64,000 nt of DNA. It comes from Escherichia phage AV124. Below the pieces are notes generated by a model. The model did no database searches, had not been told where the DNA came from, and worked only from the letters and a program-made list of their open reading frames with translations. Below, in pieces: positions 28,179 through 36,439 of this stretch (position 1 is its first letter; each line of letters starts with the position of its first letter). The position numbers and the translations under genes are program-made. Where the stretch lies: the sequence record OR352954; one strand, written 5' to 3'.

Positions 28179-28651
28179 GTCCAGCACAAGAACTTGCTTT
28201 GGCAATTAAAATTGCAGCAGAAGGCCACCTGAATCAGAAAGATAAGGGTGGTAACCCGTACATCCTTCATCCACTGAAGGTAATGCACTACCTGAAGACT
28301 GATGATTTTCAGCTCATGGCTATCGCTGCCCTACATGATGTTATCGAAGATACTGACGTTATGGCGGCTGATCTCGTGATGATGGGATTCTCCAACCGTG
28401 TTGTCTGTGCAGTGGTCCTACTGACGAAGACACCAAACCAGTCACCAGAAGAATATTTTCAGGGTATTGCAAGCAACTACGACGCGGTTCGTGTGAAGCT
28501 TGCAGACCTGCGTCACAACTCTGACGTTCGTCGCCTGAAAGGTCTGACAGATAAGGATTTGTTGCGTGTTCGTAAGTATCACGACATGTATCTTCGTTTG
28601 ACAAAGATGAAAGAACACCACGAAGCGATCAACGTCTTATCTAAACTATAA
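28142..28651 (+). CDS. HD-domain phosphohydrolase, SpoT/RelA (p)ppGpp-hydrolase-like
   Basis: GNPYILHPLKV and AALHDVIEDTD match the SpoT-type HD hydrolase signature. Confidence 0.75.
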   Translation: MVSTDKSCIQALSPAQELALAIKIAAEGHLNQKDKGGNPYILHPLKVMHYLKTDDFQLMAIAALHDVIEDTDVMAADLVMMGFSNRVVCAVVLLTKTPNQSPEEYFQGIASNYDAVRVKLADLRHNSDVRRLKGLTDKDLLRVRKYHDMYLRLTKMKEHHEAINVLSKL

Positions 28652-28710
28652 AGGAGTGCCACTGATGACAATTAAATCAAGTGATGAATTTGAACTGAGG
28701 GGGATAAAAA

Positions 28711-29088
28711 ATGCCTGACTGGAAAACTACTCTTGACATAAGTGATATATGGTCTAAAAGAAATGGTGAATGCGGCAGAGAAGACTGGACAGACAAGACG
28801 GTGCATGAGCTTGCTAAGGAGATAGCTCGTCGTCTTGAACGGAAATTCCCTCGCGAGTCAAACTATGACAACTGGGATAATGGCTGCGATTATGAGCTGT
28901 GTGATATAATTGGCTATTTCCGGGATGTTTCAACATACCCAGATTGGTTAGCCTCTATTGCGGAATGTGAGAATGAGGGGTATGATGCCGACCCAATTCG
29001 CCATTATACACCCTTGCGGGAATTCAACGACATCATGAAAGATTTTTATGATTGGTGTGATGAAAATCGTGTTTGGGTGGATAAATAA
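28711..29088 (+). CDS. hypothetical protein
   Basis: ORF in array; Trp/Asp-rich. Confidence 0.45.
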   Translation: MPDWKTTLDISDIWSKRNGECGREDWTDKTVHELAKEIARRLERKFPRESNYDNWDNGCDYELCDIIGYFRDVSTYPDWLASIAECENEGYDADPIRHYTPLREFNDIMKDFYDWCDENRVWVDK

Positions 29089-29151
29089 TCATTGCAATGG
29101 GGGAGGATCAAATGTATCCTGCTCCCGAATTTCATTTACAGGAGACAAATA

Positions 29152-30348
29152 ATGTCAAGTCGCAACATCTTTTCTGGTAACTGGATCACTTTGCGTGATC
29201 TCCCGCCGCTCGTACAATTTTGCCAGCGTCACAAACGTTCACTGATGATCTTCGGCGGGGCAGGTATTGGTAAAAGTCAGGCTGTGAAGCAAATTGCGGA
29301 TTCTCTTTTCGGGCCTGGTGATAACTTGGTAGACTTCCGCTTGGCTGATAAAGATAACACCGACCTCACCGGGGTGCAGATTCCATACACCGATGACAAT
29401 GGTGTTACTCGCACAGTGTACGCCTTGCCGGATTTCTGGCCTCGTGATCCTAACTGGAAAGGTATTGTGTTCCTTGACGAGCTTCTCCACGCCGAGCCTT
29501 ACCTTCAGAAACTGGCATTCCAAATCATGCTGGACCGTCGAATCGGGACCTACCAGTTCCCTGAAGGGGCTGTACTGGTTGCTGCTGGTAACCGTGCTGG
29601 GGATGGTACTGCCGTGACTGCACTGGAAGCTCCTTTGGCTAACCGTATGATGCTGGTAGAGCTTACCTATAGCGCATCGGTGTTCATCGAAGACTATGCC
29701 ATGCAGAACGGTATTCATTCGTCAATCATTGGTTTTCTGTCTCGTAAGAACAGTGCTATTGAAAACTATGAAGAAATGCTGGATATCGGGTGTCCTTCTT
29801 TCGCCACACCGCGTACTTTAACTTACGCCAGTGATGTATTGTACGATTACGATGCTAATTTGCTGCCTGCCAACCTAGCTAAGGTTGCTCTTCAGGGCTT
29901 CATTGGCACACCTTTAATGGCTGAACTGTGGGCATACCACACTAAGATTCGTAATATGGTCCCGATCGAAGACGTTATGAACGGTACTGCCCAAGACCCC
30001 GGAGACCTTCCATCCGATAGTTTGTGGATTTTAGGTTCCGAAGGTGCTATTTGGTTGCGTAAGGCTATTGCAGATACCAACTACACCGATGATCAGATTA
30101 TTGAATTCTCTGGTAACTTCCTACAGTATCTTTATGATCACTTTATGGACCAGAACCGAGACTTCGTAAGCTCTATTTTCCTGTCGTTCATTAAGGAAAA
30201 TGCATTCGGTAAGGCGCTGTTGACCACTGCAAGCAACCGTGACAAGCTTCCTGCACGTTTGTTGAAGGCAAAGCCCATCATAATGAAAATTATGGCAGAC
30301 TTCCAGGTCAACTACGCTGAAGATATTAAGCTTATCGAAGGAAAATAA
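29152..30348 (+). CDS. AAA+ ATPase (AAA_5/MoxR-like)
   Basis: Walker A GGAGIGKSQ, Walker B VFLDEL, sensor region AAGNRAGDGT; start trimmed to ATG after AGGAGA. Confidence 0.6.
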   Translation: MSSRNIFSGNWITLRDLPPLVQFCQRHKRSLMIFGGAGIGKSQAVKQIADSLFGPGDNLVDFRLADKDNTDLTGVQIPYTDDNGVTRTVYALPDFWPRDPNWKGIVFLDELLHAEPYLQKLAFQIMLDRRIGTYQFPEGAVLVAAGNRAGDGTAVTALEAPLANRMMLVELTYSASVFIEDYAMQNGIHSSIIGFLSRKNSAIENYEEMLDIGCPSFATPRTLTYASDVLYDYDANLLPANLAKVALQGFIGTPLMAELWAYHTKIRNMVPIEDVMNGTAQDPGDLPSDSLWILGSEGAIWLRKAIADTNYTDDQIIEFSGNFLQYLYDHFMDQNRDFVSSIFLSFIKENAFGKALLTTASNRDKLPARLLKAKPIIMKIMADFQVNYAEDIKLIEGK

Positions 30349-30350
30349 TA

Positions 30351-30379
30351 TTGACAGCCCCTCTTGGGGCTGTTATGCT
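30351..30379 (+). promoter_or_regulatory. sigma70-like promoter TTGACA-N17-TATGCT with hairpin in spacer
   Basis: TTGACA GCCCCTCTTGGGGCTGT TATGCT; spacer forms CAGCCCC-TCTT-GGGGCTG stem-loop. Confidence 0.4.
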
Positions 30380-30411
30380 TCATGTATCAAACAAAACGAG
30401 GATAGACTCAA

Positions 30412-30750
30412 ATGCAAATTACTGAAACTCTGAATGATCAACAACGTCTTATGTCTTTGGGACACAAAGAAGCTCTCCAACAGACATTCCCTATTTTCAA
30501 CGAGCTGACTGCTGACGGCTATGAAGTTGAGTTCTATTATGTGGATGGTTTTGGTGGCCTGACCATCGTTCCAAGCGTGAAGCGTATCCGCGTTAAGGCA
30601 AACCAAGAAGCGTTAGCGGATGCTGATTATTGTTCTAGCTTCGCGCACAAAGTACGCCAGTCTTTTGAATCGCGTCTGACTAATCCTAAATTCTTGGCAG
30701 GCCAGAAAATTTCTACCAGACTCAAACACAAGGGTCATTACAGTGTCTAA
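30412..30750 (+). CDS. hypothetical protein
   Basis: SD AGGATAG before ATG. Confidence 0.45.
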   Translation: MQITETLNDQQRLMSLGHKEALQQTFPIFNELTADGYEVEFYYVDGFGGLTIVPSVKRIRVKANQEALADADYCSSFAHKVRQSFESRLTNPKFLAGQKISTRLKHKGHYSV

Positions 30751-30903
30751 TTCTGTGATCTACAAAAACCAGTTTCGTAACATCTGGCGCAAGTTTGTTA
30801 ACGGTAAAGGCTATGTGTCTGGTGACCAAGGCCTCACTTGGACAGAAAACGGTGCCTCTGAGGACTTGATAAAGCGATTACCTTATTACGTGGAGGTTAA
30901 AGT

Positions 30904-31203
30904 ATGATCCGTTCACCCGGTTTTGGTTATATCTACATCCCAGATTTCACTGGGGAAGATCGTCTTGTTAGGATCAGTGATCTTGACATCAGTGATATTG
31001 AAAATCAGGCACGATATGGACAGGCTGAAAAAGAGTGTTATATTCGTACAGATAATGGCTTCTGTCAGACAAGCTGGACATCGGGCATAACTGCAATGGA
31101 AGTTCTTGAGAAGATTGCTAAACACGATAAAGATAATCTTGGAGCCTTCCGTGATTATGCACATCGTAACCGGATTGTCTTAATGAAGGGGGAATTATGG
31201 TAA
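30904..31203 (+). CDS. hypothetical protein
   Basis: SD GGAGG before ATG. Confidence 0.45.
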   Translation: MIRSPGFGYIYIPDFTGEDRLVRISDLDISDIENQARYGQAEKECYIRTDNGFCQTSWTSGITAMEVLEKIAKHDKDNLGAFRDYAHRNRIVLMKGELW

Positions 31204-31523
31204 AAAACTTTTCGAATTCTGACGATATCCCTTCTTCTGTACCAATTACGGAAGAGCATTTCCAGATTGTTGGTAATGCGTGGGAGTTGGTTATGTCATA
31301 CAAACCAATTTGGTATGATGTTGAAGCACTTTCCTACTTCTTCGTGTTCTGCTCTAATCGAGACAGCATGTATAAGCCTGCTTGCGATGCTGTTGATCGA
31401 CTCTATGGTGAGATCAAGAATGAAGGTTGGAACGATAATCGAATTCAGCGTTTCAAGAACTTAGATGCTCTGTCGCGTGAAATTCATGATACGACCCCTG
31501 ATATGTTCGTTCAGGACATGTGA
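31197..31523 (+). CDS. hypothetical protein
   Basis: ORF overlapping upstream stop. Confidence 0.45.
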   Translation: MVKNFSNSDDIPSSVPITEEHFQIVGNAWELVMSYKPIWYDVEALSYFFVFCSNRDSMYKPACDAVDRLYGEIKNEGWNDNRIQRFKNLDALSREIHDTTPDMFVQDM

Positions 31524-31795
31524 TGAGAGACATACCTGAGAGCAAGTATCAATGCTTCTGGAAGTGCCGCCGCTGTGGAACATTCCTACGCCTAGGTGTT
31601 AGGTATTGTGATTGCGGCTGTCAGGAGATCGTTGCAGAGCTTATAGGTCTCGATGTGCTGGCAAGTTATGGCTACCTTCCCGACCGAAAGGTAGAGGTTG
31701 AATTGAAAGGCCAAAAACCTAAAAGGTTAGAAGATTTGCGAAAAGCACAAGCGTATCTGAATGAACTTATCAAACTGGTGGAAGAAGATGGCTAA
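31520..31795 (+). CDS. hypothetical zinc-ribbon protein
   Basis: CFWKCRRCG...CDCGC cysteine pairs. Confidence 0.45.
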   Translation: MMRDIPESKYQCFWKCRRCGTFLRLGVRYCDCGCQEIVAELIGLDVLASYGYLPDRKVEVELKGQKPKRLEDLRKAQAYLNELIKLVEEDG

Positions 31796-31964
31796 GTTTA
31801 AATTCCAGAAATCTGAGCTAAACGAGTGTTGGTGGCTTGACACCGCCGACTGTGTTATGGCAGGATACACCTATCGACGGCATCGGGTTTTTGTTGTCTG
31901 TGCGAAAAATCGTGCGGATGCTATTGAATCCATGAAAGAGTTTAAAGAGAGGAGTTGCAAATGA
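31791..31964 (+). CDS. hypothetical small protein
   Basis: Track ORF trimmed to ATG after GGAAGAAG. Confidence 0.35.
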   Translation, partial: AKFKFQKSELNECWWLDTADCVMAGYTYRRHRVFVVCAKNRADAIESMKEFKERSCK

Positions 31965-32473
31965 AGGAGAGCGAAGAGGCATTGCAGGCACTTAAATCTT
32001 CCTTCTCATATGACCCTGAGACAGGTTTGTTTACTTGTATCAATCCTCTCGCTCGTCGTCATTTTGGTAAGGTTGCAGGCACAAAAAGGAAAGATGGGTA
32101 TATACGCCTCGGTGTTAAGGTAAGCGGCAAGCTGAAAATGTTTCTCGCGCATAGGGTTGCCTGGGCTTTTTATCACGGTGTGTGGCCTGATGGCCTTATT
32201 GACCATAAAGACTGGGACAGACAAAATAATAAAATAGACAATCTCAGGGTTGTTGACAAAAGCACAAATAATTATTATTATTCCCCTTGGAAAGGGAAGT
32301 CACAGACAGGTTACAGGGGTGTTAGGATAGATAAAAGGAGAAATCCTCCCAGATATCAAGCTATTTTCTGCGACACTCATCTTGGGATGTTCTCTACAGC
32401 AGAAGAGGCATATGCTTGCTATCAAAAGTATGTTATGAAGACACAGGAGATTATCGCAGATGCTGAAATATAA
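31955..32473 (+). CDS. HNH homing endonuclease with AP2-like DNA-binding domain
   Basis: HRVAWAFYHG...IDHKDWDRQNNKIDNLRVV (HNH) followed by GYRGVRI...YQA (AP2-like). Confidence 0.65.
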   Translation: MQMKESEEALQALKSSFSYDPETGLFTCINPLARRHFGKVAGTKRKDGYIRLGVKVSGKLKMFLAHRVAWAFYHGVWPDGLIDHKDWDRQNNKIDNLRVVDKSTNNYYYSPWKGKSQTGYRGVRIDKRRNPPRYQAIFCDTHLGMFSTAEEAYACYQKYVMKTQEIIADAEI

Positions 32474-32951
32474 AGTTGGTGATTTGATTAAAGCTATTCA
32501 AGATGGTGAAGTAAATGTTTTTGGTCATGGTTGTAATTGCTTTGTGACTATGGGTAGCGGGATCGCCCCGTTGATCAAAGAAGCATTCCCTAAGATGTAC
32601 GCTGCCGACCTGAAAACTGAGAAGGGCGACAAGACCAAGCTGGGAACCTGTACAATGGCCTTTTTGAATGATGGGTCTCTCGTAGGATTTAATCTGTACT
32701 CACAGTACGGTTATAATCGCCGCAAACAGGGTCTCAGGGACCTTGACTACAATGCCCTGTATGATTCAATGGTTGAAATGAAAAAGCTCTTACAGAGCTA
32801 TACAGACGGCCCTATGGACACCTATCGAATCGGGTTCCCTAAACTAGGTGCTGGGCTTGCAGGGGGTGACTGGAATGTCATCGAAGCAATGATCAAATCA
32901 ATCTTCTTTGATTGTGATGTAACTGTGTACATTCTGCCGGAGAAAAAGTGA
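32460..32951 (+). CDS. macro domain protein (ADP-ribose binding/processing)
   Basis: GDLIKA..VNVFGHGCNCFVTMGSGIAPLI and IGFPKLGAGLAGGDW match macro-domain core motifs. Confidence 0.65.
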   Translation: MLKYKVGDLIKAIQDGEVNVFGHGCNCFVTMGSGIAPLIKEAFPKMYAADLKTEKGDKTKLGTCTMAFLNDGSLVGFNLYSQYGYNRRKQGLRDLDYNALYDSMVEMKKLLQSYTDGPMDTYRIGFPKLGAGLAGGDWNVIEAMIKSIFFDCDVTVYILPEKK

Positions 32952-32952
32952 T

Positions 32953-33126
32953 GACAGAAAAGAAAAACCTACACCCTGATACTGCATATGATCGTATTGT
33001 TGCGGCAATTCGTGCAATCGACCCGAAATTGGTAGACGCCCTTGACAGAAAGGATGCCCTCAACGATATTAATGATGCTTGCTATGAAGTTTTATGGCAA
33101 GATTGGATGGGGGATGATGAATGATT
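32953..33126 (+). CDS. hypothetical small protein (57 aa)
   Basis: Below track cut-off; start overlaps upstream stop, stop overlaps next start. Confidence 0.3.
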
Positions 33127-33330
33127 GAACTTAAAGACGGCATGGTGGCCCACACCAAGAAGATCGACCTTCACGTTGGTAACACAGTGTTTACATACAA
33201 TGCACCACGAGGAAAGAGCTTTGTTGTTCTTCTACTTGGCGTAGAGAAGCCGGATGGTCAAGGAGAAGGTATTCAGATTGACGAATGGCTGAATAGTCGT
33301 GGCTGGAAGCTGGAGGGTCCTGATGAGTAA
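33121..33330 (+). CDS. hypothetical protein
   Basis: ORF in array. Confidence 0.4.
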   Translation: MIELKDGMVAHTKKIDLHVGNTVFTYNAPRGKSFVVLLLGVEKPDGQGEGIQIDEWLNSRGWKLEGPDE

Positions 33331-33541
33331 ATCGGTTTTTGTCATCTATGACACTGTTGACAAATGCCTCTGGAACCACAAAGCCAAGATTGGGTGGATT
33401 AGTTCCGGCGCGGCGAAGAACGCCTGGAATCTTGCCCACGCAACCTGGAGTGGGAAGCAGTATTTTGATGACCAGCAAAGATATGTAGTTCTTGAGCTTT
33501 CTGGCGGACACGTTAGTAAATTATTTGAGGAGAATAAATGA
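33323..33541 (+). CDS. hypothetical protein
   Basis: Track ORF trimmed to ATG after GGAGGG. Confidence 0.4.
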   Translation: MSKSVFVIYDTVDKCLWNHKAKIGWISSGAAKNAWNLAHATWSGKQYFDDQQRYVVLELSGGHVSKLFEENK

Positions 33542-33894
33542 CCATGAATGAATCTGTAGATTCTGCAACCACCCCAATGATCGGTGGTAAGATTTACGCT
33601 GGCGTTATCATCAACGCCCGTCCGTTTGTGGAGGTATGGCCCCGTTGTATTTGTGGTTATCTGGCTGGCAAGGATCATCACAACCGAGGGTTTGATAATG
33701 GCCCTATTCGTACCTCCACGGTGCAAAGCCTGCTGCTGGAGAATGGTAAGCTATTCGCCATCACACTGAATAGCGCTTATCGCCTAGAATCTGTAGATCT
33801 GGCAGCTTTTCTTAATTGTCCTGGGTGGTTCGATGACCTTGATAATTTGATCACTCAGGCTGTAGCTCCTAAAAAGGGGGTGTCCATTGACTAA
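33538..33894 (+). CDS. hypothetical protein
   Basis: ATGA overlap with upstream gene. Confidence 0.45.
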   Translation: MTMNESVDSATTPMIGGKIYAGVIINARPFVEVWPRCICGYLAGKDHHNRGFDNGPIRTSTVQSLLLENGKLFAITLNSAYRLESVDLAAFLNCPGWFDDLDNLITQAVAPKKGVSID

Positions 33895-34930
33895 ACCAAT
33901 TAAATACCCAAGCACCGCACAGTTCCGTCAGGTTATCCGCACCATGCATGATAAACTGACGTTCGACGGTCTTGATGAAGAAGGCAATATCAAGCGTAAG
34001 GTTTTGCCACCGGACGCATACTTGATCCCGTACATTGGTACGGTTAAGCTCCACGGCACAAATGGTAGCGTGGTATTCCACTCTGAGGATGAAGTTGTCT
34101 TCCAGTCCAAAGAGCGTGTCGTTACTGTAGGTGACGATAACAATGGCTTCGCGGCTTTCATGTCTCGAAAAGACACCTCAGAGCTGCTTTCCCAGGTTAA
34201 ATACCTGTGTGAAGTCAATGAAGTTGAGTTCCAGTTCCCGGTTGAAATTGCTGGTGAATGGGCTGGTCGCGGCATTCAGAAAGGTGTTGCCATCACTGAA
34301 GTAGAGCCATTCTTTGCTATCTTCCGTGTGGCTGTAGGCCGGGATGAGGCGACGGATACCCTCAACTGGCTACCACCAACGTTCCAGTTTGGAATGGGAT
34401 TGCCGGATGCTCGTATCTACAGTATCCTTGACTTCGGTTACTGGATGGCTAATATCCCATTCAATGAGCCAGAACTTGTCCAGAATGACTTGGCAGAACT
34501 GACTCGTGAAGTGGAAAACAAATGCCCGGCAGGTAAGTTCTTTGGCGTAGAAGGTATCGGTGAAGGCATTGTCTGGTCTCCAAAAGATCCTGAGCTTTCT
34601 AAAATCTCTGGTCTGTGGTTTAAAGTCAAGGGTGATAAACATTCTGTATCCAAAGTTAAGACCCTGGCAGCGATCGACCCAGAACGCCTCGCAAGTATGC
34701 GTGAGTTCGTTGAGTACGCTGTGACGGAAGCACGTCTTGAGCAGGGTGTTAGCGAAGTCGGTCTTGACCAGACTAAGATTGGTGAATTCATTGGATGGAT
34801 TAACCGAGACATCAACAAGGAAGAGGGTGATGTTCTGGAAGCCAGCTCCATGACCATGAAAGATGTTGGTAAGTTTATCAGCAACAAAGCTCGTGCATGG
34901 TACATGACTCGTCTGAGTGAGGAGGGCTAA
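33887..34930 (+). CDS. RNA ligase, Rnl2-like
   Basis: Nucleotidyltransferase motif I KLHGTN, EIAGEWAGRGIQKGV (cf. T4 Rnl2 FGEFAGPGIQKNV), motif IV EGIVW, motif V WFKVKGDK. Confidence 0.75.
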   Translation: MTKPIKYPSTAQFRQVIRTMHDKLTFDGLDEEGNIKRKVLPPDAYLIPYIGTVKLHGTNGSVVFHSEDEVVFQSKERVVTVGDDNNGFAAFMSRKDTSELLSQVKYLCEVNEVEFQFPVEIAGEWAGRGIQKGVAITEVEPFFAIFRVAVGRDEATDTLNWLPPTFQFGMGLPDARIYSILDFGYWMANIPFNEPELVQNDLAELTREVENKCPAGKFFGVEGIGEGIVWSPKDPELSKISGLWFKVKGDKHSVSKVKTLAAIDPERLASMREFVEYAVTEARLEQGVSEVGLDQTKIGEFIGWINRDINKEEGDVLEASSMTMKDVGKFISNKARAWYMTRLSEEG

Positions 34931-35112
34931 TGGCCCTCATTGTAGCCACAACGCGGTCTGTTGAAAAAAGACCTGGACATTCTTTCACCGAGTGTGATAC
35001 CTTGATTTTCGAAGATGAAGAACAGGGAAAAAAGTTTGTTAAAGATAACAAACAGTTTGTCTATAATGTCCAAAAAGCGAGGGTCATTAAAAATGGTGAG
35101 ACCAGAACCTAA
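34930..35112 (+). CDS. hypothetical small protein
   Basis: ATGGCC overlapping upstream stop. Confidence 0.35.
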   Translation: MALIVATTRSVEKRPGHSFTECDTLIFEDEEQGKKFVKDNKQFVYNVQKARVIKNGETRT

Positions 35113-35278
35113 GTTTAAAGTCGGGCAGACAGTCAAAGATACCTGGAGCGGCAAGGTTGGCCCTATTTCCACCATGTACTTTTCAGAAGGAGACCAGTAC
35201 AACAAGGCAGAATGGGCATATTCTATAGACCATATCGGGTGGTTATTCCATCCAGAGTCTGACTTGGAGTCGGTGTAA
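35093..35278 (+). CDS. hypothetical small protein
   Basis: Track ORF trimmed to ATG after GAGGG. Confidence 0.35.
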   Translation: MVRPEPKFKVGQTVKDTWSGKVGPISTMYFSEGDQYNKAEWAYSIDHIGWLFHPESDLESV

Positions 35279-35697
35279 TGGGTCTTCGTGAATACTTAGC
35301 AGTCAAATTAAAACATGCAAAGGGGCAATCTATGGTTAAAGTGAATGGTAATACCATCACGATCAACGGGAATACCGTCGTTAATGGTGACATCATTGGT
35401 GGAGACTTGAGTATTTCTGCAAATGGGGATAAAATCCTCATCAACGGAAAAGAGGTCTATACCACTTCTGATAAAAACATTACCGTAGTCATCCACGGAA
35501 ATACAGGAAGCATAAACACCACATCTGGTGGTGTGAAGGTGTATGGCACAGCAGGTAATGTTAAGACTGTTTCTGGTGATGTCCGTATCGAAACAGGGTC
35601 ACTTGCAGATGTGACTACCGTCTCAGGAGATGTTATAGCAGAAACCATTGAAGGTAATGTGAAAACAGTTTCAGGAGATGTTTCTCACCGTCGTTGA
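35278..35697 (+). CDS. beta-strand repeat protein (bactofilin/GIN-like repeats)
   Basis: Repeats of TVSGDV / NG-x-I pattern throughout the 139-aa product. Confidence 0.4.
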   Translation: MGLREYLAVKLKHAKGQSMVKVNGNTITINGNTVVNGDIIGGDLSISANGDKILINGKEVYTTSDKNITVVIHGNTGSINTTSGGVKVYGTAGNVKTVSGDVRIETGSLADVTTVSGDVIAETIEGNVKTVSGDVSHRR

Positions 35698-35701
35698 TAT
35701 A

Positions 35702-35724
35702 CAGCCCCATTATGGGGCTTTTTA
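35702..35724 (+). terminator. rho-independent terminator
   Basis: AGCCCCA-TTA-TGGGGCT followed by TTTTT. Confidence 0.55.
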
Positions 35725-35739
35725 ATTTGGAGTGTAAAT

Positions 35740-36270
35740 TTGAAATTGAAAAATATGATTTTGGCAACCGCCTGTATCCTTTCTCTGACTACCACACCTG
35801 TCTTAGCCAAAGAAAGTGTAAAGAAGCCCAAAGTTATCCATCTTTGTAAGAAGGATGACACAGCGGTAAACATTTTAGCCTGCAACATGTACAAAGAAGC
35901 TCGTGGAGAGAGTGATTCCGGGTTAATGTCGATCGCATTCGTAACTTTGAATCGTAAGGATAACGATAAGTACCCTGGAACAGTAAAGAAGATCGTCTAC
36001 CAGCCCGGACAATTCTCCTGGACATCTTCAGGAACAACGTTTAAAGTCTATGAAAAGGATCGCTGGGAGAAGGCACAAGAGTTTGCAAAAGTTCTGATCA
36101 AGATTCATAAACAAAACAGGGTCGTCTACGATGCTCTGGACATAACACATGGAGCAACCCACTACCATTCACGAAAAGTAAAACCCTACTGGACAAAGGC
36201 CATGCTACGCACAGTCAGGATCGATAACCATATCTATTATAAAGAGAAAGAAGATTCTCAGGGGGCATGA
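35740..36270 (+). CDS. secreted cell wall hydrolase, SleB/CwlJ-like
   Basis: N-terminal signal peptide (MKLKNMILATACILSLTTTPVLA); NMYKEARGES...VTLNR...YQPGQFSW matches SleB/CwlJ catalytic-domain motifs. Confidence 0.6.
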   Translation: MKLKNMILATACILSLTTTPVLAKESVKKPKVIHLCKKDDTAVNILACNMYKEARGESDSGLMSIAFVTLNRKDNDKYPGTVKKIVYQPGQFSWTSSGTTFKVYEKDRWEKAQEFAKVLIKIHKQNRVVYDALDITHGATHYHSRKVKPYWTKAMLRTVRIDNHIYYKEKEDSQGA

Positions 36271-36274
36271 ACTC

Positions 36275-36430
36275 ATGAAGAAATTCTTAGCAATATTTGT
36301 TTGCATTACCCCTTTGTGTGTGATATTGTCACTGTCACAGCCCATATATTGGGAACAAATTTGTGGAGCATACGCAATAGGTATGGCTACAGCGGCCTTT
36401 AGACTAAATACAAACAACTGCAAAAAGTAG
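36275..36430 (+). CDS. hypothetical small membrane protein (51 aa)
   Basis: Below track cut-off; hydrophobic; weak SD. Confidence 0.25.
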   Translation: MKKFLAIFVCITPLCVILSLSQPIYWEQICGAYAIGMATAAFRLNTNNCKK

Positions 36431-36439
36431 GAGAAGTAG

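Noticed and set aside
29239-29718. Antisense ORFs nested inside long genes (e.g. 29239..29718, 34438..34905, 36404..36910, 38335..38940, 45485..45883, 46854..47375, 47551..48195, 50376..51101, 52426..53007, 52604..53281, 61418..61894)
   Set aside because: Fully contained on the opposite strand of well-supported longer genes; atypical composition; no SD; likely spurious.
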